Shown here: positions 17,596 to 26,805 of the stretch, piece by piece
Position numbering within the stretch: position 1 is the stretch's first letter
How the letters are laid out: every line of letters starts with the position of its first letter
Assembly (NCBI GenBank): GCA_964014545.1
Contig: CAXGZX010000004.1
Location: forward strand, 1 to 58,660
Direction: 5' to 3'
DNA from: an uncultured Candidatus Poseidoniales archaeon
GTDB taxonomy: Archaea; Thermoplasmatota; Poseidoniia; Poseidoniales; Poseidoniaceae
Length of the DNA stretch: 58,660 nt
Notes under the pieces: generated by a model
Seen by the model: only the letters and a program-made list of their open reading frames with translations
The model's database searches: none
What the model was told of the DNA's origin: nothing
Translations under genes and position numbers: made by a program

Positions 17596-18657
17596 ATGGG
17601 AATGACCGACACAGAACATGAACAACATGACAAGTTAAACTCAATAATCCATAAATTAAATGAAGAAAATTCAGGCAACATTGTACTCATAGGTGACATC
17701 ATGCTTGATTGTTACATTCACGGCTATGCTAATAATTTAAACTCCAGGGCACCAGTTCCTGTATTACGTGAAACCCATCGAGAAGAAGATGTCGGAGCTG
17801 CTGCTCACGTTGCACGTGGTCTAGAATCAATGGGTTACCATGGTAAAATATTCGGCATTGTGGGTGATGATAAGGCAGGTTCAAAAATTATCGAGTATCT
17901 TGAAGATGAACATGTTGAAACCAGCGGTATTGCTATTATTGAAGGTCGCACTACCACAGTTAAAACTAGGATGCTAGCAAGTAGGGAGAGTCTAATTCAA
18001 GGAGAGCAACTACTCTTAAGATGGGATGTTGAAGGTGATGAAGCAATTCCAGAACCTGCTCTTGAGGCAATATATGACCAAGCAATTGCCAACTTATCAG
18101 ACGTTAATTGTGTAATACTCTCAGATTATGGCCAGGGTGTAATATATGACCAAGGCGTTGAGAGAATAACTAAACACGCAAAAGACAACGGTATACCAAT
18201 AATTGCTGATCCGAAATTAACTGGTCTACATAGAACTCATGAAGTCGATTGGATTATTTTTCAGTCAAGAGGTTTTGATTTAATGAAACGTAGGATAGGG
18301 GAAGCAGATGATAGATTAGCTGCTGAGTCTTTAATTAAATCATATGGCTGGAAACATTTAGTAGTTCTCGCAGGAGAAAATGGTGTCACAATTTTTTCCA
18401 AAGATCAAGACACCGTTCACGCTCCATGTACATTATCCCAATTACGGCAGATAATTGGATTGATTGATGCTGCTGTAGTAGCGATTGCTGTATCAATTTC
18501 TAGTGGTTTTGATGTATCTGATACTGCGCTGTTGACAAATGCTGCTTGTGAATGTATTCTAGGTGCTGAAGCGACAGATTCTTTTTCTTTGAGCAAAGAA
18601 GATTTAATTCATCGTGTTGGTGAAATTGCCTGGAATCTGCAAGTTTCCAAACGCTGA
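17596..18657 (+). CDS. PfkB-fold protein resembling the HldE/RfaE kinase domain, with degenerate catalytic motifs
   Basis: GDIMLD.Y..G......APVPV, T..KTR, LSDYGQG and DPK are present, but GAGD reads GLID and NxxE is absent. Confidence 0.8.
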   Translation: MGMTDTEHEQHDKLNSIIHKLNEENSGNIVLIGDIMLDCYIHGYANNLNSRAPVPVLRETHREEDVGAAAHVARGLESMGYHGKIFGIVGDDKAGSKIIEYLEDEHVETSGIAIIEGRTTTVKTRMLASRESLIQGEQLLLRWDVEGDEAIPEPALEAIYDQAIANLSDVNCVILSDYGQGVIYDQGVERITKHAKDNGIPIIADPKLTGLHRTHEVDWIIFQSRGFDLMKRRIGEADDRLAAESLIKSYGWKHLVVLAGENGVTIFSKDQDTVHAPCTLSQLRQIIGLIDAAVVAIAVSISSGFDVSDTALLTNAACECILGAEATDSFSLSKEDLIHRVGEIAWNLQVSKR

Positions 18658-18665
18658 GGGTCAAT

Positions 18666-19163
18666 ATGAGTTTTTGGACTCGAGAAACTACAGCAGACAT
18701 TGGTCTGCGAGTATTCTCCAATAATTTGTCTAATCTATTCAAAGAAACTGCCATAGGTATGCAAAGTCTGATAATTTCTAACCAAGAAAATCTATTATTA
18801 AACCAGAAAATTCGTCACACATCACAATGGAATGTAACATTTAACATTACCAATGAATTAGATTATGAGTCTTTAATGATAATTTGGTTGGAGGAAGTAC
18901 TTTACCGACTAGAGGTCCATGGTGAGTTTTTAGTTGATGCTCAATGTATGATTGAAGTTAATGAACATGAAATGTTTTGCCAATCTCAAGTTTCTTGGGT
19001 AAAATCATCTGAAATAAATAAAGAATTAGAAATAAAAGCGGTAACATCACATGAATTTTTGATTCAAGAACTCAAACTAGGACAAAGTATTGTTAGCAAT
19101 GAACTGGACATTCCAGAAATGGTTGGCCCAGGGTGGATTTGTGACGTAATATTTGACATCTAA
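18666..19163 (+). CDS. archease (RtcB activator)
   Basis: TTADIGLRV, WLEEVLY, EIKAVTSH and C-terminal VIFDI. Confidence 0.9.
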   Translation: MSFWTRETTADIGLRVFSNNLSNLFKETAIGMQSLIISNQENLLLNQKIRHTSQWNVTFNITNELDYESLMIIWLEEVLYRLEVHGEFLVDAQCMIEVNEHEMFCQSQVSWVKSSEINKELEIKAVTSHEFLIQELKLGQSIVSNELDIPEMVGPGWICDVIFDI

Positions 19164-19466
19164 GTGGGAATTCCTTAGGTGGACGCTCGTCCTCTGTAGC
19201 AAAGCCCACACACTTTCTCCATCCCGCTACCCCACAGCACCCATGGCTCCGAGTAGGGCTGCTCCGTTCCCGGCCTGACCTGATTCCCCAGTTATTCATT
19301 TCCCGTTTCCCTCCGGATACGGTTCATGACACCCGAGTCATGTAGGGGCGAGACATCAACGTCCGCGTGTAGAAACCACAGAGCCGCTCTCGCCGCCCCA
19401 AGGCTTTCAGCCCACCATGAAGACGATTTGTGGTACAGGGTACGCCTAGCTCCCCACCTATCCCGC
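19164..19466 (-). ncRNA. ffs: archaeal SRP (7S) RNA
   Basis: GC-rich ~300-nt island; minus strand has Alu-type GGCGUACCCUGUACC, helix 8 GUCAGGCCGGGAACGGAGCAG and terminal helix GCGGGA/UCCCAC; TTAAAATA box upstream. Confidence 0.93.
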
Positions 19467-19485
19467 TACGCCCTGCCATGATTGG

Positions 19486-19493
19486 TATTTTAA
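19486..19493 (-). promoter_or_regulatory. TATA box of the SRP RNA gene
   Basis: Minus-strand CCGTTAAAATA; first T lies 27 nt upstream of the predicted 5' end. Confidence 0.55.
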
Positions 19494-19514
19494 CGGAACG
19501 GTTATCCACTAAAT

Positions 19515-19892
19515 TCATTCTTCATACTTTGAAGGACAAGATGTTTTAATTATCTCAGCTTCAAAGACATATTGTGAATCGATATATTTCAAGATACCTT
19601 TTGCGTATACTGTACGGTTGTCATCTAGTCCATTTGAAACTGATGCTTGGGCGAATTCGACTAAAATTTGATTGGTACTACCGTGCAAAATAAAGGTCAT
19701 TGAAGAGTTATCAATACTGCCATCTAATACTTCACCTCTAATTGATATCTCATCACCTACATATTTCGATGGTGAGTCCATAATCTCATCTACGGTTCTA
19801 GTTGGCTCAGGTGATTGTAAGATGACTACTCCAACTAAAATCAAAGTTAACAATCCACCAGAGATTAGTAACCTAGTTCGTCTGGTAAACAG
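19515..19892 (-). CDS. ccmE: cytochrome c maturation heme chaperone CcmE, CxxxY variant
   Basis: N-terminal anchor, I-x-G-x-V-x-x-GSI, F-x-A-x-x-I-x-T-x-CPSKY; probable CTG start at 19892 (track TTG 19853). Confidence 0.85.
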   Translation of the reverse strand: MFTRRTRLLISGGLLTLILVGVVILQSPEPTRTVDEIMDSPSKYVGDEISIRGEVLDGSIDNSSMTFILHGSTNQILVEFAQASVSNGLDDNRTVYAKGILKYIDSQYVFEAEIIKTSCPSKYEE

Positions 19893-21023
19893 TTAATCAT
19901 CCCCTTTATGGTCTAATCCAATCGCTTGTTCAATTGAAGTGAAGTTGTGCTCGCGTAACTTCTTCTTTAACCCCTTGACAATATCTTTGCTAATACTTGG
20001 CCCTTGAAAAACAAATGCACTATACGCTTGTAGTAAACTTGCGCCGGCAGTTATCTTCTGCCATGCATGTTCGGCATTCATGATTCCACCAACACCAACA
20101 ATTGGAAATTTACCATCCGTGATCCGGTATATTAGTCGGATGAACTCTGTTGATTTATCAACTAAAGGAAGGCCGCTCATTCCACCATTTTCAGCCATAG
20201 TCTTAGCATCTTTAGCATCAGTTGTTACAACTCTTGAAACAGTTGTATTAGTGGCAACTATTCCTGAGCAACCTGAGTCAATAGCCGTTTTTACTATCAA
20301 TTCTAATTGCTCGTGAGACATATCCGGGGCTACTTTCACTAAAATTGGTTTAGCGGGTAAATTCTTGGTTTGACAATTGTTCTGATTAACCTTCATGCAG
20401 GAAGCGATTATTTTTGACAAATCGTCTTGGTTTTGCAAATCTCTAAGATTAGGAGTATTTGGTGATGAAACATTAATGACGAAAACATCTCCATAATCCC
20501 ACAACCTATCCATAGTTGTAGAATAGTCAGTATGGGCCTCGGAATTATCAGTGAGTTTGGATTTTCCAAGATTAACCCAGATGGGAATATTAAGAGGGCC
20601 ATGTTTTTTGAAATGGAGATCTAAAGTCTGGGAAATTTTTTCTGACCCAGGATTATTAAATCCCATTCTATTTATCAGAGCTTGATGTTTGTTGGAGCGG
20701 AACATGCGGGGTTTTGGATTACCGGATTGCTCAAGCATTGTAACACCACCAATTTCTGCAAAGGAAAGACCGATTGCTTGCCATCCAAGTAATACTTCTG
20801 CCTTTTTGTCCATCCCTGCCGCAAGGCCAAAGGGATGTTTGTAGGAATGTCCAAAAACCTCGACAGGCAAATCATGTTTAGTTTGGTAAATGACATTCAA
20901 AGCCAATCTAGAGGCGGAGAAAGCGGACAATTTCTTTAGAAAATATAGCGACCTGTGATGCGCTTTTTCAGAATCCTGAAATTTCAACGTGGGGCGGATG
21001 AACAAGCGATATGGTAACCCCAT
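19893..21023 (-). CDS. pyrD: quinone-dependent dihydroorotate dehydrogenase (class 2)
   Basis: GLAAGMDK, Q-x-GNPKPR-x-FR, INRMGFNN, NVSSPNTP, GGMSG. Confidence 0.96.
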   Translation of the reverse strand: MGLPYRLFIRPTLKFQDSEKAHHRSLYFLKKLSAFSASRLALNVIYQTKHDLPVEVFGHSYKHPFGLAAGMDKKAEVLLGWQAIGLSFAEIGGVTMLEQSGNPKPRMFRSNKHQALINRMGFNNPGSEKISQTLDLHFKKHGPLNIPIWVNLGKSKLTDNSEAHTDYSTTMDRLWDYGDVFVINVSSPNTPNLRDLQNQDDLSKIIASCMKVNQNNCQTKNLPAKPILVKVAPDMSHEQLELIVKTAIDSGCSGIVATNTTVSRVVTTDAKDAKTMAENGGMSGLPLVDKSTEFIRLIYRITDGKFPIVGVGGIMNAEHAWQKITAGASLLQAYSAFVFQGPSISKDIVKGLKKKLREHNFTSIEQAIGLDHKGDD

Positions 21024-21076
21024 GAAACTTCCACAATGACGGTATCATTCAAGACTTACCCCTCATTGGCCCAAAT

Positions 21077-21511
21077 GTGCAGATGAATCACCCTCTATGG
21101 CCAGTTGTCAGGGAGGCAGCAAGAAGAATCGTTAGATTAGAAAATTTAGAAATCTATGCCCCTAACGAATTTAGAGAATCAATTAATGAATTGTCCAGCA
21201 AAATATCAGACCATATTCCTCAACGAGCAAATTTTCCCAAACATGTTGAGTATAAAGAAAATAATATCAAAATTTATGACTGCTCCAAGAAGGTTCCTAA
21301 ATTGATCATTGAGGTGAGCTTGGTTGAGCCAGACATGGACGTTTGTTGGGTAAAAATGATCGCAGAGGTCGGATTTACAGCAATAATAGATTCCTGCTTA
21401 CAATTACTTGAAGCGGGATATCCTGGTTGTATCGGTTGTGATGATTCAATCCAAGAGGGGCGGTGGAATGAGAAAAAATTTAGAAATTCGCTCCAACAAA
21501 ATTCTGTATAA
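21077..21511 (+). CDS. hypothetical protein with GYPGCIGC motif
   Basis: Unique ORF filling the gap between pyrD and topB; no recognisable family. Confidence 0.6.
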   Translation: MQMNHPLWPVVREAARRIVRLENLEIYAPNEFRESINELSSKISDHIPQRANFPKHVEYKENNIKIYDCSKKVPKLIIEVSLVEPDMDVCWVKMIAEVGFTAIIDSCLQLLEAGYPGCIGCDDSIQEGRWNEKKFRNSLQQNSV

Positions 21512-21603
21512 ATTTCCCGCCAAATTTTACTAGATACTAAAGTATCTATACAAATCTTATCTCAAGAGAGGGTTCAAGTATCGTCGGTTCTGCCGCATTA
21601 ATC

Positions 21604-24357
21604 ATGGCAGTTGTAATCATCGCTGAGAAACCAAGTGTTGCTGAAGACATTGCCAAAGTATTGGGTGTTGGGCAAAAAACTGACACCCATTGGCTCTCTG
21701 ATGACATAGTTATTACGTGGGCTGTGGGACATTTATTAGAATTGAAAACTCCCGAAGAATATGATGATAGACTAAAAGATTGGAGAAAAAGTGTAGATTT
21801 ACTACCATTTATTCCTGAATCATTTGAATTGAAGCCCAATAGTGGTAGAGGTAATAACCGAAAGCAACTTACAGCAATAAAAAAATTAATTTCTCCAAAA
21901 AATTGCACAGAAATTGTCAACGCTTGTGACGCTGCAAGAGAGGGTGAACTAATCTTTAGGCGCATTATTGAATTTGCCAAATCTAAGGTTCCAATGAGTC
22001 GGATGTGGCTCCAATCGATGACTCCAGACTCAATTTTGAAAGCCTACGACGGTAGACAAGATGCTGAGACTTACTCACTACTTCGAGATGCGGCAGTTAG
22101 TAGAGCGGAAGCAGATTGGATAATCGGTATGAATGGCTCTCGAATAGCTTCGACATTCCTTCGAACCGGTAGGAATGATGGGACTTCAATGTCACTTGGT
22201 AGAGTTCAAACAGCGACATTGGCAATGATTGTCGATAAAGAGCTGGATATCTTGGGGCATGATGCAAAGCCGTTCTGGGAGTTAGAAGCAGAATTCAAAT
22301 CAGATGATTGTCAGTGGAGTGCAAGATGGGAGCGACGTAATAATGTTGAGGATAAAGAAGATCCATTAACCAAAGCACACAGAATAACCCAGGAGTCGGA
22401 GAAGAAAATACTAGAGGATTTGATTGGTTCTGATGGTGATTATATCACTACCCAAAAACATCGTGATTCAAAAGAAAATCCGCCACTAAATTTTGACTTG
22501 ACGACTCTACAAAGAGAGGCTAACAGCACCTGGTCTTGGACATCTAGAAGGACACTCTCTGTAGCACAGGAATTATATGACACTCACAAATTAACGACAT
22601 ACCCTCGTACAGACTCTCGACATCTTCCTGAAGATATGATGGAATCTATTGGCAAAACTATCAAGCAACTAGGAGCCCAAGAATTTTTGTCTGCCCACAG
22701 TGAAAGATTGACTAAAAATGGTTTGAAAAACGTGTCTAGAAATTTTGACAATGCCAAAGTATCTGATCACTATGCAATTATTCCAACTGGCAAATTACCG
22801 CAAAGTAATCTAAGTAATGATGCACAAAGATTGTATGAACTAATTTGTCGGCAATTTCTTGCTTCATTCCACTCTGAAGCGATTTGGGATGTTCAAACGA
22901 GAACCACTAGTAAATCTGATCATGATTTCATTAAGGAAGTTAGAATTTTAAAAATACCTGGATGGAGAGAGGTTAAACCAAAAAGTAACTCTATTCCTGA
23001 AAAGTGGAATAATCTTTCATCTAATCCAGCAAATACAGAACTAATTTCTCATAAATTCAAGGAAGAATTTACTAAACCGACAAATCGGTTGAAAGAAGCT
23101 AAATTATTATCATTAATGGAAAATGCAGGACGAAGTATCGATGATGATGAGATGGCAGACGCGATGAAAGGTAAAGGCCTAGGCACTCCTGCTACTAGAG
23201 CGGAAACAATTGAAAAACTAATTTCTCGGAATTTTATTCAAAGAGCACGTTCTGGTAGTCTACGAGCCACACCAGGTGGAATAAAATTAATTTTATTACT
23301 CAGAGCCATTCCTGTGGAGTGGATTACATCACCAGCATTAACTGGGGATATGGAAGCCAAACTTTCCTCGGTACAGGTTGGTGATTATTCACGAAAAGAA
23401 TATATGAAACTGATTTTTGAAATTGCTGATGAAATGGTTCAAAAAATAAAAAATCATGACAGAAATGAATTATTCAATGATGTCGAATCGATTGCACCGT
23501 GTCCAATGTGTAAAAGTACTCTGAAAGAAACTGTTTTGTCTTACATCTGCTGTGAAAATACCGGAAGAGACTCTGGTTGTGATTTTGTTCTTTGGAAGAA
23601 TACTAGCGGAAGATGGTTTGATCGCAAAACTGCTACTAGATTGTTACAACAAAAGACCATCAACGATTTACATGGATTTTTCAATCGAAGTGGTGAGCCC
23701 TATACTGCTAGTATCAAAATGCTAGAAAATGGTACTGTGGAGTTTATTGGTGGTGGTGAATCAACCTCGTCAGAAGAAGATGCTGAATTGTGCGATTGTC
23801 CTACTTGTAGCCATGGAATCATTAGAATAAATTCTACGATGTATGCTTGTGATAACCAAGAATGTAAGTTTAGAGGCATATCACATGAAATGTGTAAAAG
23901 GAAAATTACTGAAGATGAAGCTAAAGTTATTCTGACCAAGGGCAAGTCACCATTGTTGGAAGACTTTACCTCAAAGAAGGGCAGGCCATTTAGTGCCTTT
24001 TTAGCCCTTGATGGGAATCGTGTCAAGTTTGAATTTCCCCCAAGAGAGGCTGCAGCAAATGCTAAGAAATTCCCAGTTATTGAGGGAGTAGTTGCGATTT
24101 GTCCAAAAAGTAAAATCGAAATTATTGAAAGTCCAACATTTTTCCAGCCTGCCACTAATGGAACTGATTGTAAAATTCAAATTGCACGAGAAATGTCTAA
24201 GCGCGAAATAACTAGAGAAGAGGCGAAAACTCTCATTGAAAAAGGTGAAATTGGTCCGTTTGATGATTTTATTTCGAAGAAAACCAACAAAAACTTCACA
24301 GCAATTCTTTACCTAAAGAAGAACCAGTCGGTTGGTTATAAATTTGCTAAAAAGTAA
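21604..24357 (+). CDS. topB: type IA DNA topoisomerase, bacterial TopB (topo III)-like, with Zn ribbons and C-terminal repeats
   Basis: AEKPSVA, ACDAAREGELIF, GRVQTATL, catalytic TYPRTD, GLGTPATRA; repeats ...GFFNRSGEPY.., ..DFTSKKGRPF.., ..DFISKKTNKNF. Confidence 0.9.
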   Translation: MAVVIIAEKPSVAEDIAKVLGVGQKTDTHWLSDDIVITWAVGHLLELKTPEEYDDRLKDWRKSVDLLPFIPESFELKPNSGRGNNRKQLTAIKKLISPKNCTEIVNACDAAREGELIFRRIIEFAKSKVPMSRMWLQSMTPDSILKAYDGRQDAETYSLLRDAAVSRAEADWIIGMNGSRIASTFLRTGRNDGTSMSLGRVQTATLAMIVDKELDILGHDAKPFWELEAEFKSDDCQWSARWERRNNVEDKEDPLTKAHRITQESEKKILEDLIGSDGDYITTQKHRDSKENPPLNFDLTTLQREANSTWSWTSRRTLSVAQELYDTHKLTTYPRTDSRHLPEDMMESIGKTIKQLGAQEFLSAHSERLTKNGLKNVSRNFDNAKVSDHYAIIPTGKLPQSNLSNDAQRLYELICRQFLASFHSEAIWDVQTRTTSKSDHDFIKEVRILKIPGWREVKPKSNSIPEKWNNLSSNPANTELISHKFKEEFTKPTNRLKEAKLLSLMENAGRSIDDDEMADAMKGKGLGTPATRAETIEKLISRNFIQRARSGSLRATPGGIKLILLLRAIPVEWITSPALTGDMEAKLSSVQVGDYSRKEYMKLIFEIADEMVQKIKNHDRNELFNDVESIAPCPMCKSTLKETVLSYICCENTGRDSGCDFVLWKNTSGRWFDRKTATRLLQQKTINDLHGFFNRSGEPYTASIKMLENGTVEFIGGGESTSSEEDAELCDCPTCSHGIIRINSTMYACDNQECKFRGISHEMCKRKITEDEAKVILTKGKSPLLEDFTSKKGRPFSAFLALDGNRVKFEFPPREAAANAKKFPVIEGVVAICPKSKIEIIESPTFFQPATNGTDCKIQIAREMSKREITREEAKTLIEKGEIGPFDDFISKKTNKNFTAILYLKKNQSVGYKFAKK

Positions 24358-24413
24358 TTGTTTAGCCAATTTTAGTCCACAACAATAAAACGCACCGGAT
24401 TTCACACGAGGTC

Positions 24414-25640
24414 ATGGACGATGTTTCGTCAAGCACAGACTGGGATGTAGTAATCGTCGGTGCTGGACCAGTTGGCGGCCATGCTGCAAATCTTCTTTCC
24501 CAAAGAGGACAAAGAGTATTATTGTTGGAAGAGCATTCGGAAATTGGCAGACCATTCCAATGTGCAGGTCTTGTAACCCCTAATGCGATGAAGCAAGTTG
24601 GATTGTTTGATACCATTCTCGAGGAAGTGGATGGAGCCTTGATTCATGGCCCATCTGGGACTTTAGTTCCTGTAGGCACTAGTGGTAAAGTTAGAACCTA
24701 CGTTGTTTGTAGAAAACTGTTTGATGAAGGCGTCGTAAAACAATCAATGTTATCTGGCGCCACACTTTGGCTTAATTCTAAACCAATTAATGCTGAGTCA
24801 AATGACGATTGTGTAGTTATTAAGTTATCAAAAGAAGGTGTTGAAACCGAAATTACGACCAAACTTCTGATCGGATGTGATGGCGCCCACTCATGGACTC
24901 GCAGGCATTTCAAAATGGGAAGGCCAAAAGAACTGATGATTGGTTTTCAAACAGAAGTAGTTGGATATAAAAATCGTAAACGTTGGTTAGAAATGTATTC
25001 TGGTTCAGCAATTGCACCAGGTTTCTTCGCTTGGGTAATACCATCAGGTAACGATAGTTGTCGGATTGGTTTGTGGTCTACTGCAGACCGTTTAGAGGGG
25101 AAAAGTATTGAGGAATGTTACCACTCACTGCTCAATCATCCATTATGGAAAGATAGATTTGCTGATATCAAGGAAACCGCAAGATATTGTGGTCCAGTTC
25201 CAAGTGGTATGGTAAAAAAGCCCTATAAAAACCGAGTATTGCTTCTAGGAGATGCTGCTGGAATGGCAAAACCTACCACAGGTGGCGGAATAGGACCAGG
25301 TTTTGAACAAATAAATGGAATTGCAGATAAATTGTCATCAGCAATAGATAGCAATAATTTGTCCGAAACTAATCTAAAACATATTGCTAAGGCCCACTTC
25401 GAAAAGATGAAAAAAGATCAAAATAGAGCTAGGGCTCTGCGTAATTTGTTAGTTAGTGACTGCGAGGATACAGAATTAGACCACAATTTTGAACAGTTTG
25501 CCAAGCCCGAGATTATTAATTTGATAAACCAAGTAGGAGATATCGAAAAACCCGTCCCGCTTGGAATGGCTTTGCTGAGAAAAGTACCAGCGTTTAGAAA
25601 AATGGCATTAAAAGCCGGAATGAAGTTAATATTCAGTTGA
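24414..25640 (+). CDS. geranylgeranyl reductase family flavoprotein
   Basis: DVVIVGAGPVG, G-x-P-x-QCAGL, PGFFAWVIP, GDAAG..KPTTGGGI. Confidence 0.88.
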   Translation: MDDVSSSTDWDVVIVGAGPVGGHAANLLSQRGQRVLLLEEHSEIGRPFQCAGLVTPNAMKQVGLFDTILEEVDGALIHGPSGTLVPVGTSGKVRTYVVCRKLFDEGVVKQSMLSGATLWLNSKPINAESNDDCVVIKLSKEGVETEITTKLLIGCDGAHSWTRRHFKMGRPKELMIGFQTEVVGYKNRKRWLEMYSGSAIAPGFFAWVIPSGNDSCRIGLWSTADRLEGKSIEECYHSLLNHPLWKDRFADIKETARYCGPVPSGMVKKPYKNRVLLLGDAAGMAKPTTGGGIGPGFEQINGIADKLSSAIDSNNLSETNLKHIAKAHFEKMKKDQNRARALRNLLVSDCEDTELDHNFEQFAKPEIINLINQVGDIEKPVPLGMALLRKVPAFRKMALKAGMKLIFS

Positions 25641-26804
25641 GTGAATCATATGGATGACTTACTATTAGAAGAAAGAATAAGATATCCCCCATTTGAAAGT
25701 TATCGATTTCGGCCACAATTGCTACCAATAGGGGTGGCAAGAACTGAGATATCTAAACAGATTACTCGAGATGAAGCAAATGAGATTGTTTCAGATATGC
25801 CTCCACCATTTAGAATTGGTGATAAAAAATCTTGGCTTGTTGAAAGAAGGTACATTTACCAAGGTAAAACCTTGAAACTAAATAAAACGCATAACCAAGA
25901 AATGAGTGAAGCAGTTCCAAAAGATTCAGTAATTCATAAGCAGAGAACTGGTTGGTACTTAACTCCTAATTTGATACATTCACAAGCAAGAAAAATAATG
26001 AACTTTTCAGTCATTATTTTGTTAATTGCTTTATCTTATTTATTCTTTGAACCTATATTGAGTCTTTGGGGAATCCCCAGTATTGGTACTGGGCGTGTTA
26101 GATTTGGACTGCTTGATTATCCATTATTGGCTGTCATCGTAGTGCCTATTTTATTCATTCCAATAATAATGCGAGTTGGGGCAAACTTCTCTGATTTAAT
26201 TAAGCAAAGACGCTTTCTATCCGCCCCACCGCCCGAACCAGAAATCAAGTTTCATTCAGATACCACATCTGGTGAAAATTTAGTTGTTGAAATTGAATTT
26301 CCACAAGCTCACAAAACTTGGGGTAAAAAACACGTATTGTGGCGTGTTGGAGTATTACCACCTCGCAGAGATAAACTAATGGAAATATTAGGTCGAGATG
26401 CTGACGGACAACCCGCTCCGGGATTGACCACAGAATTACCCCATCATTGGTCTGTGGACCTTGATGACGGTACCGGTGGAGGAGAGGATTTACCCATGCA
26501 AACGAATGAGATCAAGGGGGGATTATTTTTGAAACCAATGAGGATAATGAATCAATCTGAAATAATTCCATTAGCTGAAGGTCCCACTACTATATCACCG
26601 CCGAGTGGTAAATGGCCGGGTACAATCTTTTCCTCCTTAATTCGAATTCATTGGGAATTAATAGTGGTAATTGAAAGAGAAAATCAGTCAGAACTACTAT
26701 GGGTACAGCCTTTGAAGGTAAAACACTCTTCCAATTACACAGAAACAACTGCTACAGTAAATAGTGGGCGAGCAGAAACTAACCACCCGATGTCACTAAG
26801 TTAG
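25641..26804 (+). CDS. hypothetical membrane protein (two TM helices, possible beta-sandwich C-terminus)
   Basis: Long ORF abutting the GGR gene; two hydrophobic stretches. Confidence 0.7.
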   Translation: MNHMDDLLLEERIRYPPFESYRFRPQLLPIGVARTEISKQITRDEANEIVSDMPPPFRIGDKKSWLVERRYIYQGKTLKLNKTHNQEMSEAVPKDSVIHKQRTGWYLTPNLIHSQARKIMNFSVIILLIALSYLFFEPILSLWGIPSIGTGRVRFGLLDYPLLAVIVVPILFIPIIMRVGANFSDLIKQRRFLSAPPPEPEIKFHSDTTSGENLVVEIEFPQAHKTWGKKHVLWRVGVLPPRRDKLMEILGRDADGQPAPGLTTELPHHWSVDLDDGTGGGEDLPMQTNEIKGGLFLKPMRIMNQSEIIPLAEGPTTISPPSGKWPGTIFSSLIRIHWELIVVIERENQSELLWVQPLKVKHSSNYTETTATVNSGRAETNHPMSLS

Positions 26805-26805
26805 A

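Noticed and set aside
19221-19469. 10-nt direct repeat ATCCCGCTAC at 19221 and 19460 (possible insertion or permutation scar)
   Set aside because: The SRP helices are in normal order, the repeat is short and lies in GC-rich structured RNA, and there is no mobile element
19093-19518. Track ORFs 19093..19299 and 19324..19518
   Set aside because: They overlie the GC-rich SRP RNA gene and have no protein-like features
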